Assembly (NCBI GenBank): GCA_002952755.1
Contig: CP025011.1
Location: 510,001-542,000, forward strand
Reading direction: 5' to 3'
DNA length: 32,000 nucleotides
Origin: Candidatus Saccharimonadota bacterium
GTDB lineage: Bacteria; Patescibacteriota; Saccharimonadia; Saccharimonadales; UBA4665
Both the position numbers and the translations under genes were made by a program. The notes under the pieces are model-generated. The model was not told the DNA's origin. It searched no databases and saw nothing but the letters and a program-made list of their open reading frames with translations. Positions 14,832-23,540 of the stretch are shown here, piece after piece. Each line of letters opens with the position of its first letter. Position 1 is the stretch's first letter.

Positions 14832-17551
14832 GTACTAGTAAGAAAAAACACCGGTCCAAAGCCAAATCTGCGAAAGCAAGAAGGCAGCAAGCTGCAGCTC
14901 GCAAAACATCGAAGGCGATCGAGCGGAAGGGCAGTACAGAAAATCGGTCGCCAGCTCAAGAAACAGCAACCCCACCAGCAGCTCGCTTGTCTGGTTTTAG
15001 TATTACGGTAGGGAAACGGCGATATGACCTGGCGCCAGTACATGCATGTATTGGGCTTCTTGCTTTGTTAGTGACGGCCGCTGGCTGGTCACTGCTGGCC
15101 GCTCGTATTCAGCAAGGCAACGCTGACCAGACGGTAAACACATATCTTTTTACTCACTGGTCGACATTCCATGCCGCAACATTGCCTGGGGCTCATTCTT
15201 TCCTTCTTAAGTGGCCGCTTTTTGTGTTGGCAAATCTGCTAGGTGCAACGCATGCCACCTTTGCGTTTCTTACCTGTCTTGTCACGTTGACTACTGTGAG
15301 CGCTCTGGCCTATGTTCTGTATAGGATCGATCGCCGGCCTTTATTATTCGGCACCTATTGTCTAGCTCTCGCCTCTATCCTATTGGCGATTCCACCCGAG
15401 CCGTATGCTGGCGGTCTGCTCCCGGTAAATATGGCAATGCTTACCACGCGCAATATCGAATATATAGTCTATATAGTGGGCCTGGTTCTGTGTATTCGTG
15501 CGCCTCGGTTGAAGGCGGGGGGATTTTGGTGGGGAGGGCTACTCCTGGGTATGCTGTTTGCGAGCGACAAGTTGTTCGCCACCCTCAGTATTGGGGGTGC
15601 AGCATTGGCGCTCATAAGCTATGGCATCCGGGGCAAACGGAAACTTGTACGACTATCTCTTATCTGGCTGCTCTGTAGCGGCTTCGCACTGGCTATCGCC
15701 GATATTGTTCTTTGGAGCATTGGGGCGGCTCATCTGACGCATATTGCTACCCAGTCTGGTACGAGCCCATATCCGGCTGCTACTGGTGTTAAAGATATCG
15801 CCCTAGGGGTTATTTTCGGCTGTCTGGGTATATTGACCAATTTTGGCGCCAATCCAGCCTTCGATGCAGCAGTGCTACGCAAAATCCCCAGCCTGGCATA
15901 TGGTCGTTTGGCGAGCCTAAGTGGGTTCGCGTTCGTCATGAACGGCCTCTTATGTATAACTGGCTTGTACGCAACCGCACGTCTGTTAGGTACAAGTTTA
16001 TTCCATTCGAAAGACCGGCAGCCACGTCTTGATATGCCGGTCGTGCTCTCGTTGTTTCTTATTTGGTCGTCTTTAGCCGCCTGCGGGGCATTTATTGCAA
16101 CACATCATTATTACGTTGTCGACGCCCGCTACTTAAGCATTTTGCTGTTTGCAGTGTTTGTCTCGACTGTAACCTATTTTCGGGGAAAAGCACTGCACCG
16201 TGGGCTATTTGCGCCGCTAAGTGTGATGCTGGTAGTTTCGATTAGCTGTGGCACGATTACGGCCATTCGTATATACAAGCAGGATCGTCAGGCACTTGCT
16301 GATGTGAGCACACGCAACGCACTTGTTGCAAAGGCTCTTATCAATCATCCTGTCAGTGTACTCGTGGGCGACTACTGGCGCGTATTGCCCATTAAGGATA
16401 GTGCCTCTCACGGTCTGAATGTCATGCCGCTCGACGCCTGTAATCAGCCGCGGGGCATCTTAAGCAGTGCTACTTGGCAGCCAGATTTGTCCACCCATAG
16501 TTTTGCCTATCTGTTGTCGTTCGATAAGAGTCTTACGAATTATCCGAACTGCTCGTTGACCCAGGTTATGCAAGCATATGGCCGGCCAAATGCGAGCGTG
16601 ACGATAGCCGGTACGCTGGAACACCCTACTGAGATGCTACTTTACTATGACCATGGTGCCCATAAAAGCGCGCCGCAACTTGCGACCTCGGCTTCGCATA
16701 GCGTACCAAGTACCGTGCTACCTATCTCACTTGAAGAACTGCCGATTGAGCATTGCGAAGGAGGGGCGACGATCATGAATGTCGTTGCTCACCAGGACGA
16801 TGACCTACTGTTTATTAGTCCCGATTTACTTCATGATATTCAGGCAAAGCATTGTGTACGTACGGTATATGTCACTGCTGGGGACGGTGGTGGTGATCAG
16901 CTCTATTGGCAAGCGCGTGAGCAAGGTTCGGAGGCTGCGTATTCTACTATGCTCGGCGTTGATAATGGCTGGGTACAACATATCGTAAAACTGGGAGATC
17001 ATGAATTCGCAACGGTTGTAAATCCGCGCGGTAACAAACAGGTCTCATTGATCTTTTTGCATCTGCCCGATGGCAATGTAAGCGGCCAGGGTTTCCGAGC
17101 GTCGGACTTTGAGAGTCTTGCCCGGCTTGAGGGAGATCGTATTAATACAATGCACAGCGTCGATCATCAATCCATCTATACCTCAACGTCACTGGTAAGT
17201 GCACTGACCGAGCTGATGCAGGCTTATCATCCAACCGAGATTCGTACACAGGCTACGTACAATGCCAGCAAGATGTACCAGGACCATAGCGATCATATGG
17301 CAGTGGGTCGTTATACGCAAAAAGCTTATGTGGCCTATGCTGATGAGGGCACAACCATCGAGTTTTATTATGGTTATCCCATCCATGGCATGGTACCTAA
17401 CATTGCTCCGGACGACTTGGCCCAAAAAACGGCGGCGTTCATGGCGTATGCAAAGTTCGATGGAGCGGCTTGCCACAATGTAGATCAGTGTGAGTATTCA
17501 TCGAATTACGGGCCTTACCTGAAGCGACAGTACGGCTATACAGAGCACTAG
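14828..17551 (+). CDS. Polytopic membrane protein fused to a C-terminal PIG-L/LmbE-family deacetylase domain
   Basis: Basic N-terminal tail, about 12 predicted TM helices, then PIG-L motifs VVAHQDDDLLF, YVTAGDGG and QDHSDH. The ATG overlaps the gtrA TGA (ATGA). Confidence 0.8.
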   Translation: MSTSKKKHRSKAKSAKARRQQAAARKTSKAIERKGSTENRSPAQETATPPAARLSGFSITVGKRRYDLAPVHACIGLLALLVTAAGWSLLAARIQQGNADQTVNTYLFTHWSTFHAATLPGAHSFLLKWPLFVLANLLGATHATFAFLTCLVTLTTVSALAYVLYRIDRRPLLFGTYCLALASILLAIPPEPYAGGLLPVNMAMLTTRNIEYIVYIVGLVLCIRAPRLKAGGFWWGGLLLGMLFASDKLFATLSIGGAALALISYGIRGKRKLVRLSLIWLLCSGFALAIADIVLWSIGAAHLTHIATQSGTSPYPAATGVKDIALGVIFGCLGILTNFGANPAFDAAVLRKIPSLAYGRLASLSGFAFVMNGLLCITGLYATARLLGTSLFHSKDRQPRLDMPVVLSLFLIWSSLAACGAFIATHHYYVVDARYLSILLFAVFVSTVTYFRGKALHRGLFAPLSVMLVVSISCGTITAIRIYKQDRQALADVSTRNALVAKALINHPVSVLVGDYWRVLPIKDSASHGLNVMPLDACNQPRGILSSATWQPDLSTHSFAYLLSFDKSLTNYPNCSLTQVMQAYGRPNASVTIAGTLEHPTEMLLYYDHGAHKSAPQLATSASHSVPSTVLPISLEELPIEHCEGGATIMNVVAHQDDDLLFISPDLLHDIQAKHCVRTVYVTAGDGGGDQLYWQAREQGSEAAYSTMLGVDNGWVQHIVKLGDHEFATVVNPRGNKQVSLIFLHLPDGNVSGQGFRASDFESLARLEGDRINTMHSVDHQSIYTSTSLVSALTELMQAYHPTEIRTQATYNASKMYQDHSDHMAVGRYTQKAYVAYADEGTTIEFYYGYPIHGMVPNIAPDDLAQKTAAFMAYAKFDGAACHNVDQCEYSSNYGPYLKRQYGYTEH

Positions 17552-17568
17552 GCGCCTCTTGAGTGGCA

Positions 17569-17678
17569 CAAAACAACCAGCCCCTGCTGCTACGGAGAGC
17601 GTTACACGCAGGCCGACTAGAAGTCGGTCTGGTTGCACTACGCCTGACTCTCCGTAGCAGCAGGGGCTGGTTGTTTTG
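17569..17678 (+). repeat. Conserved-core super-hairpin, copy 2
   Basis: A 31-bp perfect inverted repeat (17569-17599 / 17648-17678) encloses a 48-nt core, CGTTACACGCAGGCCGACTAGAAGTCGGTCTGGTTGCACTACGCCTGA. The element starts 18 nt after the stop codon at 17551. Confidence 0.9.
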
Positions 17679-17711
17679 CTTCCTGCCTTGACTGACAACG
17701 ACCGAACTGGT

Positions 17712-17717
17712 TATGCT
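17712..17717 (+). promoter_or_regulatory. -10 hexamer for 17724..18308, leaderless spacing
   Basis: TATGCT-6 nt-ATG 17724. Confidence 0.4.
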
Positions 17718-17723
17718 ACAATC

Positions 17724-18308
17724 ATGCCGCCTGCAACCCAAACAAATTCTTCTGTCACCCCGGCTTCATCTGCTTCAGAGGCGGTCACCACCACGGAGCG
17801 ACAGTCAAAAAAGGCATCTCACCCGCCAGAGCGTCCTAAGACATCAAGCAACATATTGCCGATATTACTCATCGTAGTTGGAAGTGGGGCTCTTGTGGTG
17901 CTCCTGATTATCGGTGCATACAGGCTCGGCAAGCAAAAACCGCCCACAACTATCACCAAACAAGTACAGGTACCGCTCCCGGCGCCTACGCTTCCAGCCA
18001 ACGCTGTATTAACGGCCGCATGCCTGGCTCAGCGCGGCGAACAGTATGCGCTACCTACGACCAGCACGACCGGCCTAACCTATGATGTCTACCAGGGAAA
18101 AATCGTTGCTATTGAGTACCTTGTCGGCCAAAATGAATTAAGCAAGCCGGGCGATCTATTTTCAAATCTCTCGCTCCCACGCACCGACTACGAACATCTT
18201 ACGGTTAGTTCAGTGCCTGCAAGCGCTAGCCAAAAAGAGCCGCAATTTCGCATTATTGCCTATACGATAAGCCAGTCGGAGGCCGCTAAAATCACTTGCG
18301 TTAAGTAA
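17724..18308 (+). CDS. Single-pass membrane protein with a small extracytoplasmic domain, function unknown
   Basis: TM helix ILPILLIVVGSGALVVLLIIGAY. The track ORF (TTG 17676) would start inside the upstream hairpin arm. ATG 17724 lies 6 nt after a TATGCT hexamer. Confidence 0.55.
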   Translation: MPPATQTNSSVTPASSASEAVTTTERQSKKASHPPERPKTSSNILPILLIVVGSGALVVLLIIGAYRLGKQKPPTTITKQVQVPLPAPTLPANAVLTAACLAQRGEQYALPTTSTTGLTYDVYQGKIVAIEYLVGQNELSKPGDLFSNLSLPRTDYEHLTVSSVPASASQKEPQFRIIAYTISQSEAAKITCVK

Positions 18309-18309
18309 G

Positions 18310-18412
18310 TTTAAGGCACCCGGCTCTCCCAGTAGAGTCAAGCGTAGTGCAACCAGACCAGCGTAAGCTGGCCTGCGTGTAACGCTCTACTGGGAGAGCC
18401 GGGTGCCTTAAA
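18310..18412 (-). repeat. Conserved-core super-hairpin, copy 3 (core inverted)
   Basis: A 28-bp perfect inverted repeat (18310-18337 / 18385-18412) encloses a 47-nt core. The reverse complement of that core is CGTTACACGCAGGCCAGCTTACGCTGGTCTGGTTGCACTACGCTTGA. The element starts 2 nt after the stop codon at 18308. Confidence 0.9.
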
Positions 18413-18445
18413 ACAAGCTTTTGCAATCTTTTGTTCCGGAATATG

Positions 18446-18709
18446 CTAGCGGCCGCTTTTCTGCCCGGCACGCCATCTGGCATGCGCCAGAGCAATACCT
18501 ACAGAAATTGCACTGATATACATAAGGCCGGTAGTACAAGACTGCAAGATAGGAGCATGAGTGCTTATAACTAAATAGGTGCCGCTGGCCAATGTAGCGC
18601 CGACCATGGAGTAAGCCGTGTAAAATTTGGCCCGTGATGGTGTAAAGAAGACATATGTGGTGGCGACCATACTAGCGAGCGCAGTAACAAGATGAATAAG
18701 TACAAACAT
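18446..18709 (-). CDS. Small three-TM membrane protein downstream of cyoE
   Basis: 87-aa hydrophobic ORF with TATACT 6 nt upstream of its ATG. Confidence 0.5.
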   Translation of the reverse strand: MFVLIHLVTALASMVATTYVFFTPSRAKFYTAYSMVGATLASGTYLVISTHAPILQSCTTGLMYISAISVGIALAHARWRAGQKSGR

Positions 18710-18715
18710 ATTTTT

Positions 18716-18721
18716 AGTATA
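18716..18721 (-). promoter_or_regulatory. -10 hexamer for 18446..18709, leaderless spacing
   Basis: TATACT-6 nt-ATG 18709. Confidence 0.4.
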
Positions 18722-18728
18722 CCTGTCT

Positions 18729-19586
18729 TTAGGGCAATACGGAACCCGTAGCGGTTGCTGCTACTAGCACTAAAATAACCATTAGTGAGAAGAAGAACAT
18801 CTTGCGTGCCCAGCGTACATCGTCAGTTCCAGTTTTAAAGCCCTGCAGACCACGGGCGAGCCAGGTAATCCCGGCAAGCAGCATCACAGCAAGATAGACG
18901 TAGCCGGCATAGTCAAAAACAGTTAGCGCCGCACACGCTAGTATAAACGCCACAATGTAGGCGCTGATTTGCACCTTTGCCATGCGCATGCCTTTTACCA
19001 CGGGCAACACTGGTACCTCAGCTGCGGCGTAGTCTGCCGATCGATACATAGCAATGGCATAAAAGTGCGGCATTTGCCACGTGACCAGCATCAGGAACAC
19101 AATAACGGCGCCTGCATCTATGCGACCACTCACCGCCAAATAACCCGCGGCAATGGGCATCGCGCCGGAAATACTTCCAACCACTGTGCCTACTGTAGAG
19201 TGTCGCTTAAAGTAGCCATACAGAGCGATGTAGTCAACGAAGCCCACCAGGCCGGCGCCTATCACGTATTTGTTCGTGAAGGATACGAGCACGAGAAAAC
19301 CGGCCACTACCAGGACAGTAGCAAAGAGTAGCGCGCTTCGTGGTGAGATTTGCCCAGTTACGAGTGCCCGCTTCTCTGTCCGTTTCATCTTTTTATCGAT
19401 ATTGCGGTCGATGTAGTTGTTGTACACGCAAGCTGCGGCAATCACGAGCGACGTGCCGAGGGCAGTTTCTAGCAGGAGCGCAAGATGGATGTGTCCTTTG
19501 GCTGCCAGGAAAAAGCCAGCTACAGCAGTAAGTACATTATCATAGATAATGCCTGGTTTGGTTAGTTGATAGTAGGCCTTGAGCAT
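18729..19586 (-). CDS. cyoE: Protoheme IX farnesyltransferase (heme O synthase)
   Basis: UbiA-family motifs (NNYIDRNIDKKMKRT, polytopic), located immediately downstream of cyoD. Confidence 0.92.
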   Translation of the reverse strand: MLKAYYQLTKPGIIYDNVLTAVAGFFLAAKGHIHLALLLETALGTSLVIAAACVYNNYIDRNIDKKMKRTEKRALVTGQISPRSALLFATVLVVAGFLVLVSFTNKYVIGAGLVGFVDYIALYGYFKRHSTVGTVVGSISGAMPIAAGYLAVSGRIDAGAVIVFLMLVTWQMPHFYAIAMYRSADYAAAEVPVLPVVKGMRMAKVQISAYIVAFILACAALTVFDYAGYVYLAVMLLAGITWLARGLQGFKTGTDDVRWARKMFFFSLMVILVLVAATATGSVLP

Positions 19587-19591
19587 AAGGC

Positions 19592-19981
19592 TTATAGCAC
19601 TGGTTGAGCGCTTTCGCCTTTTTGGACAGCGTTATCTGTTTGGATAGGCGTTGCCATGTTGTAGTTGAGGTTCTTCATAATCCAGATTGATCCAATTACT
19701 ATAATAAGCAGTACGATGAGCATAAAGACAAAGGCCATGATATTCCAATGCGACTTCCTATTACCAAGATGCAAAAAGAAGACCAGCTGCACAATAAGCT
19801 GCGCTACGGCAAGCTCAAGAATGACGGACAGCAATCCCCATCCACTTAGCACATGGTGTACGACAATAAAGTAAGCTATCAGTGTGAGTCCAATAGAAAG
19901 AATAAAACCGATCGTGTAAGCGATGAGTGAGCCTTCGTGCTCCTGGGTATGAATTTCCTGTACGGTTGTGTTTTTGTTCAT
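19592..19981 (-). CDS. cyoD: Quinol oxidase subunit IV
   Basis: Small three-TM protein in the conserved operon position, with a 4-nt overlap with cyoC. Confidence 0.8.
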   Translation of the reverse strand: MNKNTTVQEIHTQEHEGSLIAYTIGFILSIGLTLIAYFIVVHHVLSGWGLLSVILELAVAQLIVQLVFFLHLGNRKSHWNIMAFVFMLIVLLIIVIGSIWIMKNLNYNMATPIQTDNAVQKGESAQPVL

Positions 19982-20583
19982 ATGGTTATCACTCCCATGA
20001 GGTAGACGATCGTAAAGATAAAGATCCAGACAATATCCAAAAAGTGCCAGAACATGCTGAATAGCGTGAGCCGGCGGGTAATGCCGCGGGTAAGCCCTTG
20101 GCGGGAAACTTGTATCATCAGCACAATAGTCCAGAGCAAGCCGGTGGCGATGTGTAGCCCGTGAGTTCCTACGAGGGTAAAGTAGGACGACAAAAAGCCA
20201 CTGCGTCGCCAGCTGTTGCCCTCTGTGGCCAGGTGGTGGAATTCATTTAACTCCATGCCAAGGAAGGTTAAGCCGAGCAAGAAGGTGATCGTAAACCATA
20301 CTTTTAGCCCCGTCTTGTTGCCGCGGTGCAATGCCAGCATACCGAGTCCGCAGGTGAAGCTGCTTGTAAGCAGTACAAGTGTCTCGCGTAATACAAAGGG
20401 CATATCAAAGATATCATGACTGGATGGACCACCATAGGTGTTGTTATGTAACACGGCGTATGTCGCGAATAGCGTTGCGAACAAGATACAATCGGTCATC
20501 AGGTAGACCCAAAAACCGAAGGCGGTTTTGTCGTCGGCAACCTGATGCTCGTGTGCCAGTTCTGCTATAGTCGTATGGCTCAT
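19978..20583 (-). CDS. cyoC: Quinol oxidase subunit III
   Basis: Heme-copper oxidase subunit III-like sequence ([18 protein letters not shown]..., [13 protein letters not shown]). Confidence 0.92.
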   Translation of the reverse strand: MSHTTIAELAHEHQVADDKTAFGFWVYLMTDCILFATLFATYAVLHNNTYGGPSSHDIFDMPFVLRETLVLLTSSFTCGLGMLALHRGNKTGLKVWFTITFLLGLTFLGMELNEFHHLATEGNSWRRSGFLSSYFTLVGTHGLHIATGLLWTIVLMIQVSRQGLTRGITRRLTLFSMFWHFLDIVWIFIFTIVYLMGVITI

Positions 20584-22541
20584 GCTTTGGCCGCCTCATC
20601 CATTTTTTGCAGCTCAGCGGCGGTAATGACGTATTCTGTATTGTCATCTGAAACACGAATGATAATGCAGGTGATTACTCCAAGTAGGCCGAGTACGGCA
20701 AGCCACAGGATATGCCAGATAGTGGCGAAGCCAAAGATAAAAGCGCAGGCGGCAATGTACATAGCCAGCGGCGTGTTCTTGGGCATTTCTATATCTTCGT
20801 ATATTGGTTTTTTGGCCGCTGTCTTACTGTGTTTCATTTCCCAGAAGGCGTCGCGCTCATGTACTTCGGGGATAACGGCGAAGTTGTAGAGCGGCGGCGG
20901 TGACGTGGTGGCCCACTCCAACGTCCGTCCGCCCCATGCATCACCAGTGGTGTCGAGATTGTGCTTACGCTGCACAATGCTCACGATGAGCTGTAAGATT
21001 TGGAAGCTAATACCAACGAAGACTAGCGCCACCCCAACAGCTGCAATGATAAACAGCCATTGCCAGCCCATAGAGGCATCGTAGTGGTCTAAACGCCTCG
21101 TAGCGCCCATGAGGCCTAGGATGTACAGTGGGATGAAGGCTACCGCGAAGCCAATGGTCCAGAACCAAAAGGCGATTTTACCAAGTGGTTCATTGAGCTT
21201 AAAGCCAAACACTTTCGGGAACCAGTAGCTAACGCCGGCAAAATAGCCGAACAATACGCCACCGACAATCATGGTATGGAAGTGGGCAACCAGGAATAGA
21301 CTGTTATGCAACTGGAAGTCGGCTGGCGGCAAAGCCATCAGCACGCCAGCCATACCACCGATGGTAAATGTACACACAAAGCCCAGGAACCATAGCATTG
21401 GCGTGGTGAAGCTAATCCGCCCGCGGTACATCGTAAACAGCCAGTTAAATACTTTTACACCCGTCGGTATAGAAATAATCATGGTCATGATACCGAAGAA
21501 GGCATTGACGTCGGCTCCAGCGCCCATGGTAAAGAAGTGGTGCAGCCAGACGATGAACGACAGGAAGACGATAGCCCAAATTGCCCACACCATCGAAGTA
21601 TAACCAAACAAGCGTTTGCGCGAGAACGTCGGCACTACTTCAGAGAATATACCAAACGCCGGCAGGATGAGAATATATACTTCCGGATGTCCCCAGGCCC
21701 AGATGAGGTTGACGTACATCATCGGATTACCGCCAAAATCAGAGGTGAAGAAGTGCATGCCCAAGGAACGGTCCAAGAATAAGAGTGCTAATGTGGCGGT
21801 TAAAATCGGGAAGGCGAAAATAACTAACACCATCGCACCCAGCACACTCCACAAAAAGACCGGCATTTTCATAAGCGTCATACCCGGTGCGCGCATTTTT
21901 AGGATGGTCACGAGGAAATTAACTCCTGATAGCAAACTGCCCACGCCACCGATCTGCAGCGCCCATATCCAGTAATCTACGCCGACGCCCGGGCTGTACT
22001 TTAATTCGGAAAGCGGCGGATACGCCAGCCAGCCAGCCGCTGAGAATTCCCCGACCATGAGCGAAAGATTTATCAGCACCATGCCCGAGGCAAAGAGCCA
22101 GAAGCTAGCAGCATTGAGGAATGGGAAAGCTACGTCACGATTGCCAATCTGCAATGGCACGATCAAATTGATCAGCCCAAACATGAAGCCCATGGCCACA
22201 AAAAAGATCATAATAGTGCCGTGCGCCGAAAAGATTTGCTGGAAGTGGTCGGAATTAAGGTAACCATGCGACGCGCCAACTGACACGGCCTGTTGGCCGC
22301 GCATTAGGAGGGCATCGCCAATACCGCGTAGCAACATCACCGTGGCTACGGCGATGTACATTACACCGATCTTTTTGGGGTCAACGCTTGTGAGCCATTC
22401 GCGCCACAGCCATTTCCATTTTTTGAAATAGGTTAACGCGGCCATGATGCCAATGACTCCAACGACCATACTGACTGCACCGCCAAGGGTAATGGGGTCG
22501 TGCGGGATCGCCTGTAAACTCAATTTTCCTAATAAACTCAT
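20580..22541 (-). CDS. cyoB: Quinol oxidase subunit I (heme-copper oxidase catalytic subunit)
   Basis: 653 aa with canonical HCO motifs (WFFGHPEVY-like [32 protein letters not shown]). Confidence 0.95.
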   Translation of the reverse strand: MSLLGKLSLQAIPHDPITLGGAVSMVVGVIGIMAALTYFKKWKWLWREWLTSVDPKKIGVMYIAVATVMLLRGIGDALLMRGQQAVSVGASHGYLNSDHFQQIFSAHGTIMIFFVAMGFMFGLINLIVPLQIGNRDVAFPFLNAASFWLFASGMVLINLSLMVGEFSAAGWLAYPPLSELKYSPGVGVDYWIWALQIGGVGSLLSGVNFLVTILKMRAPGMTLMKMPVFLWSVLGAMVLVIFAFPILTATLALLFLDRSLGMHFFTSDFGGNPMMYVNLIWAWGHPEVYILILPAFGIFSEVVPTFSRKRLFGYTSMVWAIWAIVFLSFIVWLHHFFTMGAGADVNAFFGIMTMIISIPTGVKVFNWLFTMYRGRISFTTPMLWFLGFVCTFTIGGMAGVLMALPPADFQLHNSLFLVAHFHTMIVGGVLFGYFAGVSYWFPKVFGFKLNEPLGKIAFWFWTIGFAVAFIPLYILGLMGATRRLDHYDASMGWQWLFIIAAVGVALVFVGISFQILQLIVSIVQRKHNLDTTGDAWGGRTLEWATTSPPPLYNFAVIPEVHERDAFWEMKHSKTAAKKPIYEDIEMPKNTPLAMYIAACAFIFGFATIWHILWLAVLGLLGVITCIIIRVSDDNTEYVITAAELQKMDEAAKA

Positions 22542-23434
22542 AACGTACTCGTATTCATACTCATGTTTTGCATGGCCGTGTTATTTGGTCCCATGTATTT
22601 CATCATTATCGTATCATAGAGTCCGGCTTGGCTGGCAGCGTACGTTGCTGGATGCATCGTGCCTGGTTTGGAAAGCTGGTTATAGGCTGTTGTAGTCAGG
22701 TGATTTGGGGAGCCCTTTGCCAATTTGACCCAATTGTTGAAGTCTGCATTAGTCACCGACTGAGTTATGAAGTGCATGTCGGCGAAGCCGCGGCCGCTCA
22801 GATTGGCTGAAACGCCTTCGAAATTACCCATCTGGTCGGCAATCAAATGCAGCTGTGTCTTCATGCCTGCCATAGCGTAGACTTGCCCACCGAGGCGTGG
22901 AATCCAGAGCGAATTCATAGGCGCGTCGGCTGTAATCTGGAAGTTTACCGGGGTATCCACGGGGATCTTCAGATAGTTAACCGTTGCAATATGTTGTTCT
23001 GGGTAGATAAAAAGCCACTTCCACTGCAAGGCCACTGCCTGTATGGTGATCGGCGGATTCTTGCTAACGAGCGGCCTATAGGGGTCGAGCTCGTGTGAAC
23101 TATTCCAGGTGACCACTGACAATATAAGGATAATCAGACACGGGAAACCCCACCATAACGCCTCGAAGCGATTATCCGCCTCGAAATCTGGCCGGTACTT
23201 GGCAGTTTTGTTGCCTTCACGGTACCTCCACACAATAGTAAAGGTCATGATAAAAACTGGAATAACGACAAAGAGACCAAGCATGCTGGCGAACAACATC
23301 AAATTACGCTCTTTGTGCCCGATACTGCCATGGGGATTCAATACGGCAATACTATGCCGATGCATAAAAACTGCGGCAATCAGCGCCGCGACAATGGCTA
23401 CAAACACACTAATCCAGAGAAGATATTTTTTCAT
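22538..23434 (-). CDS. cyoA: Quinol oxidase subunit II (CuA ligands absent)
   Basis: Subunit II fold, but the CuA loop reads [16 protein letters not shown] (Ser replaces both Cys), as in E. coli CyoA. Confidence 0.9.
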   Translation of the reverse strand: MKKYLLWISVFVAIVAALIAAVFMHRHSIAVLNPHGSIGHKERNLMLFASMLGLFVVIPVFIMTFTIVWRYREGNKTAKYRPDFEADNRFEALWWGFPCLIILILSVVTWNSSHELDPYRPLVSKNPPITIQAVALQWKWLFIYPEQHIATVNYLKIPVDTPVNFQITADAPMNSLWIPRLGGQVYAMAGMKTQLHLIADQMGNFEGVSANLSGRGFADMHFITQSVTNADFNNWVKLAKGSPNHLTTTAYNQLSKPGTMHPATYAASQAGLYDTIMMKYMGPNNTAMQNMSMNTSTL

Positions 23435-23528
23435 TGTACGCTATGACAAAACAAACTAATGGCTTCACTATAGCATTTTTTAAGGCGCCGCAATACCGTT
23501 TTATGGTCCGACGCTCGCTAAAACGCGC

Positions 23529-23534
23529 TACAAT
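23529..23534 (+). promoter_or_regulatory. -10 hexamer for the DUF2277 gene, leaderless spacing
   Basis: TACAAT-6 nt-ATG 23541. Confidence 0.45.
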
Positions 23535-23540
23535 AGCCGC

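Noticed and set aside
11941-18495. ORFs 11941..12282, 17498..17698 and 18301..18495 share peptide fragments such as ESGVVQPD, which hints at a small protein family
   Set aside because: The shared peptide is only the translation of the conserved 47-nt hairpin core. The ORFs otherwise overlap real genes or arms and have no start context.
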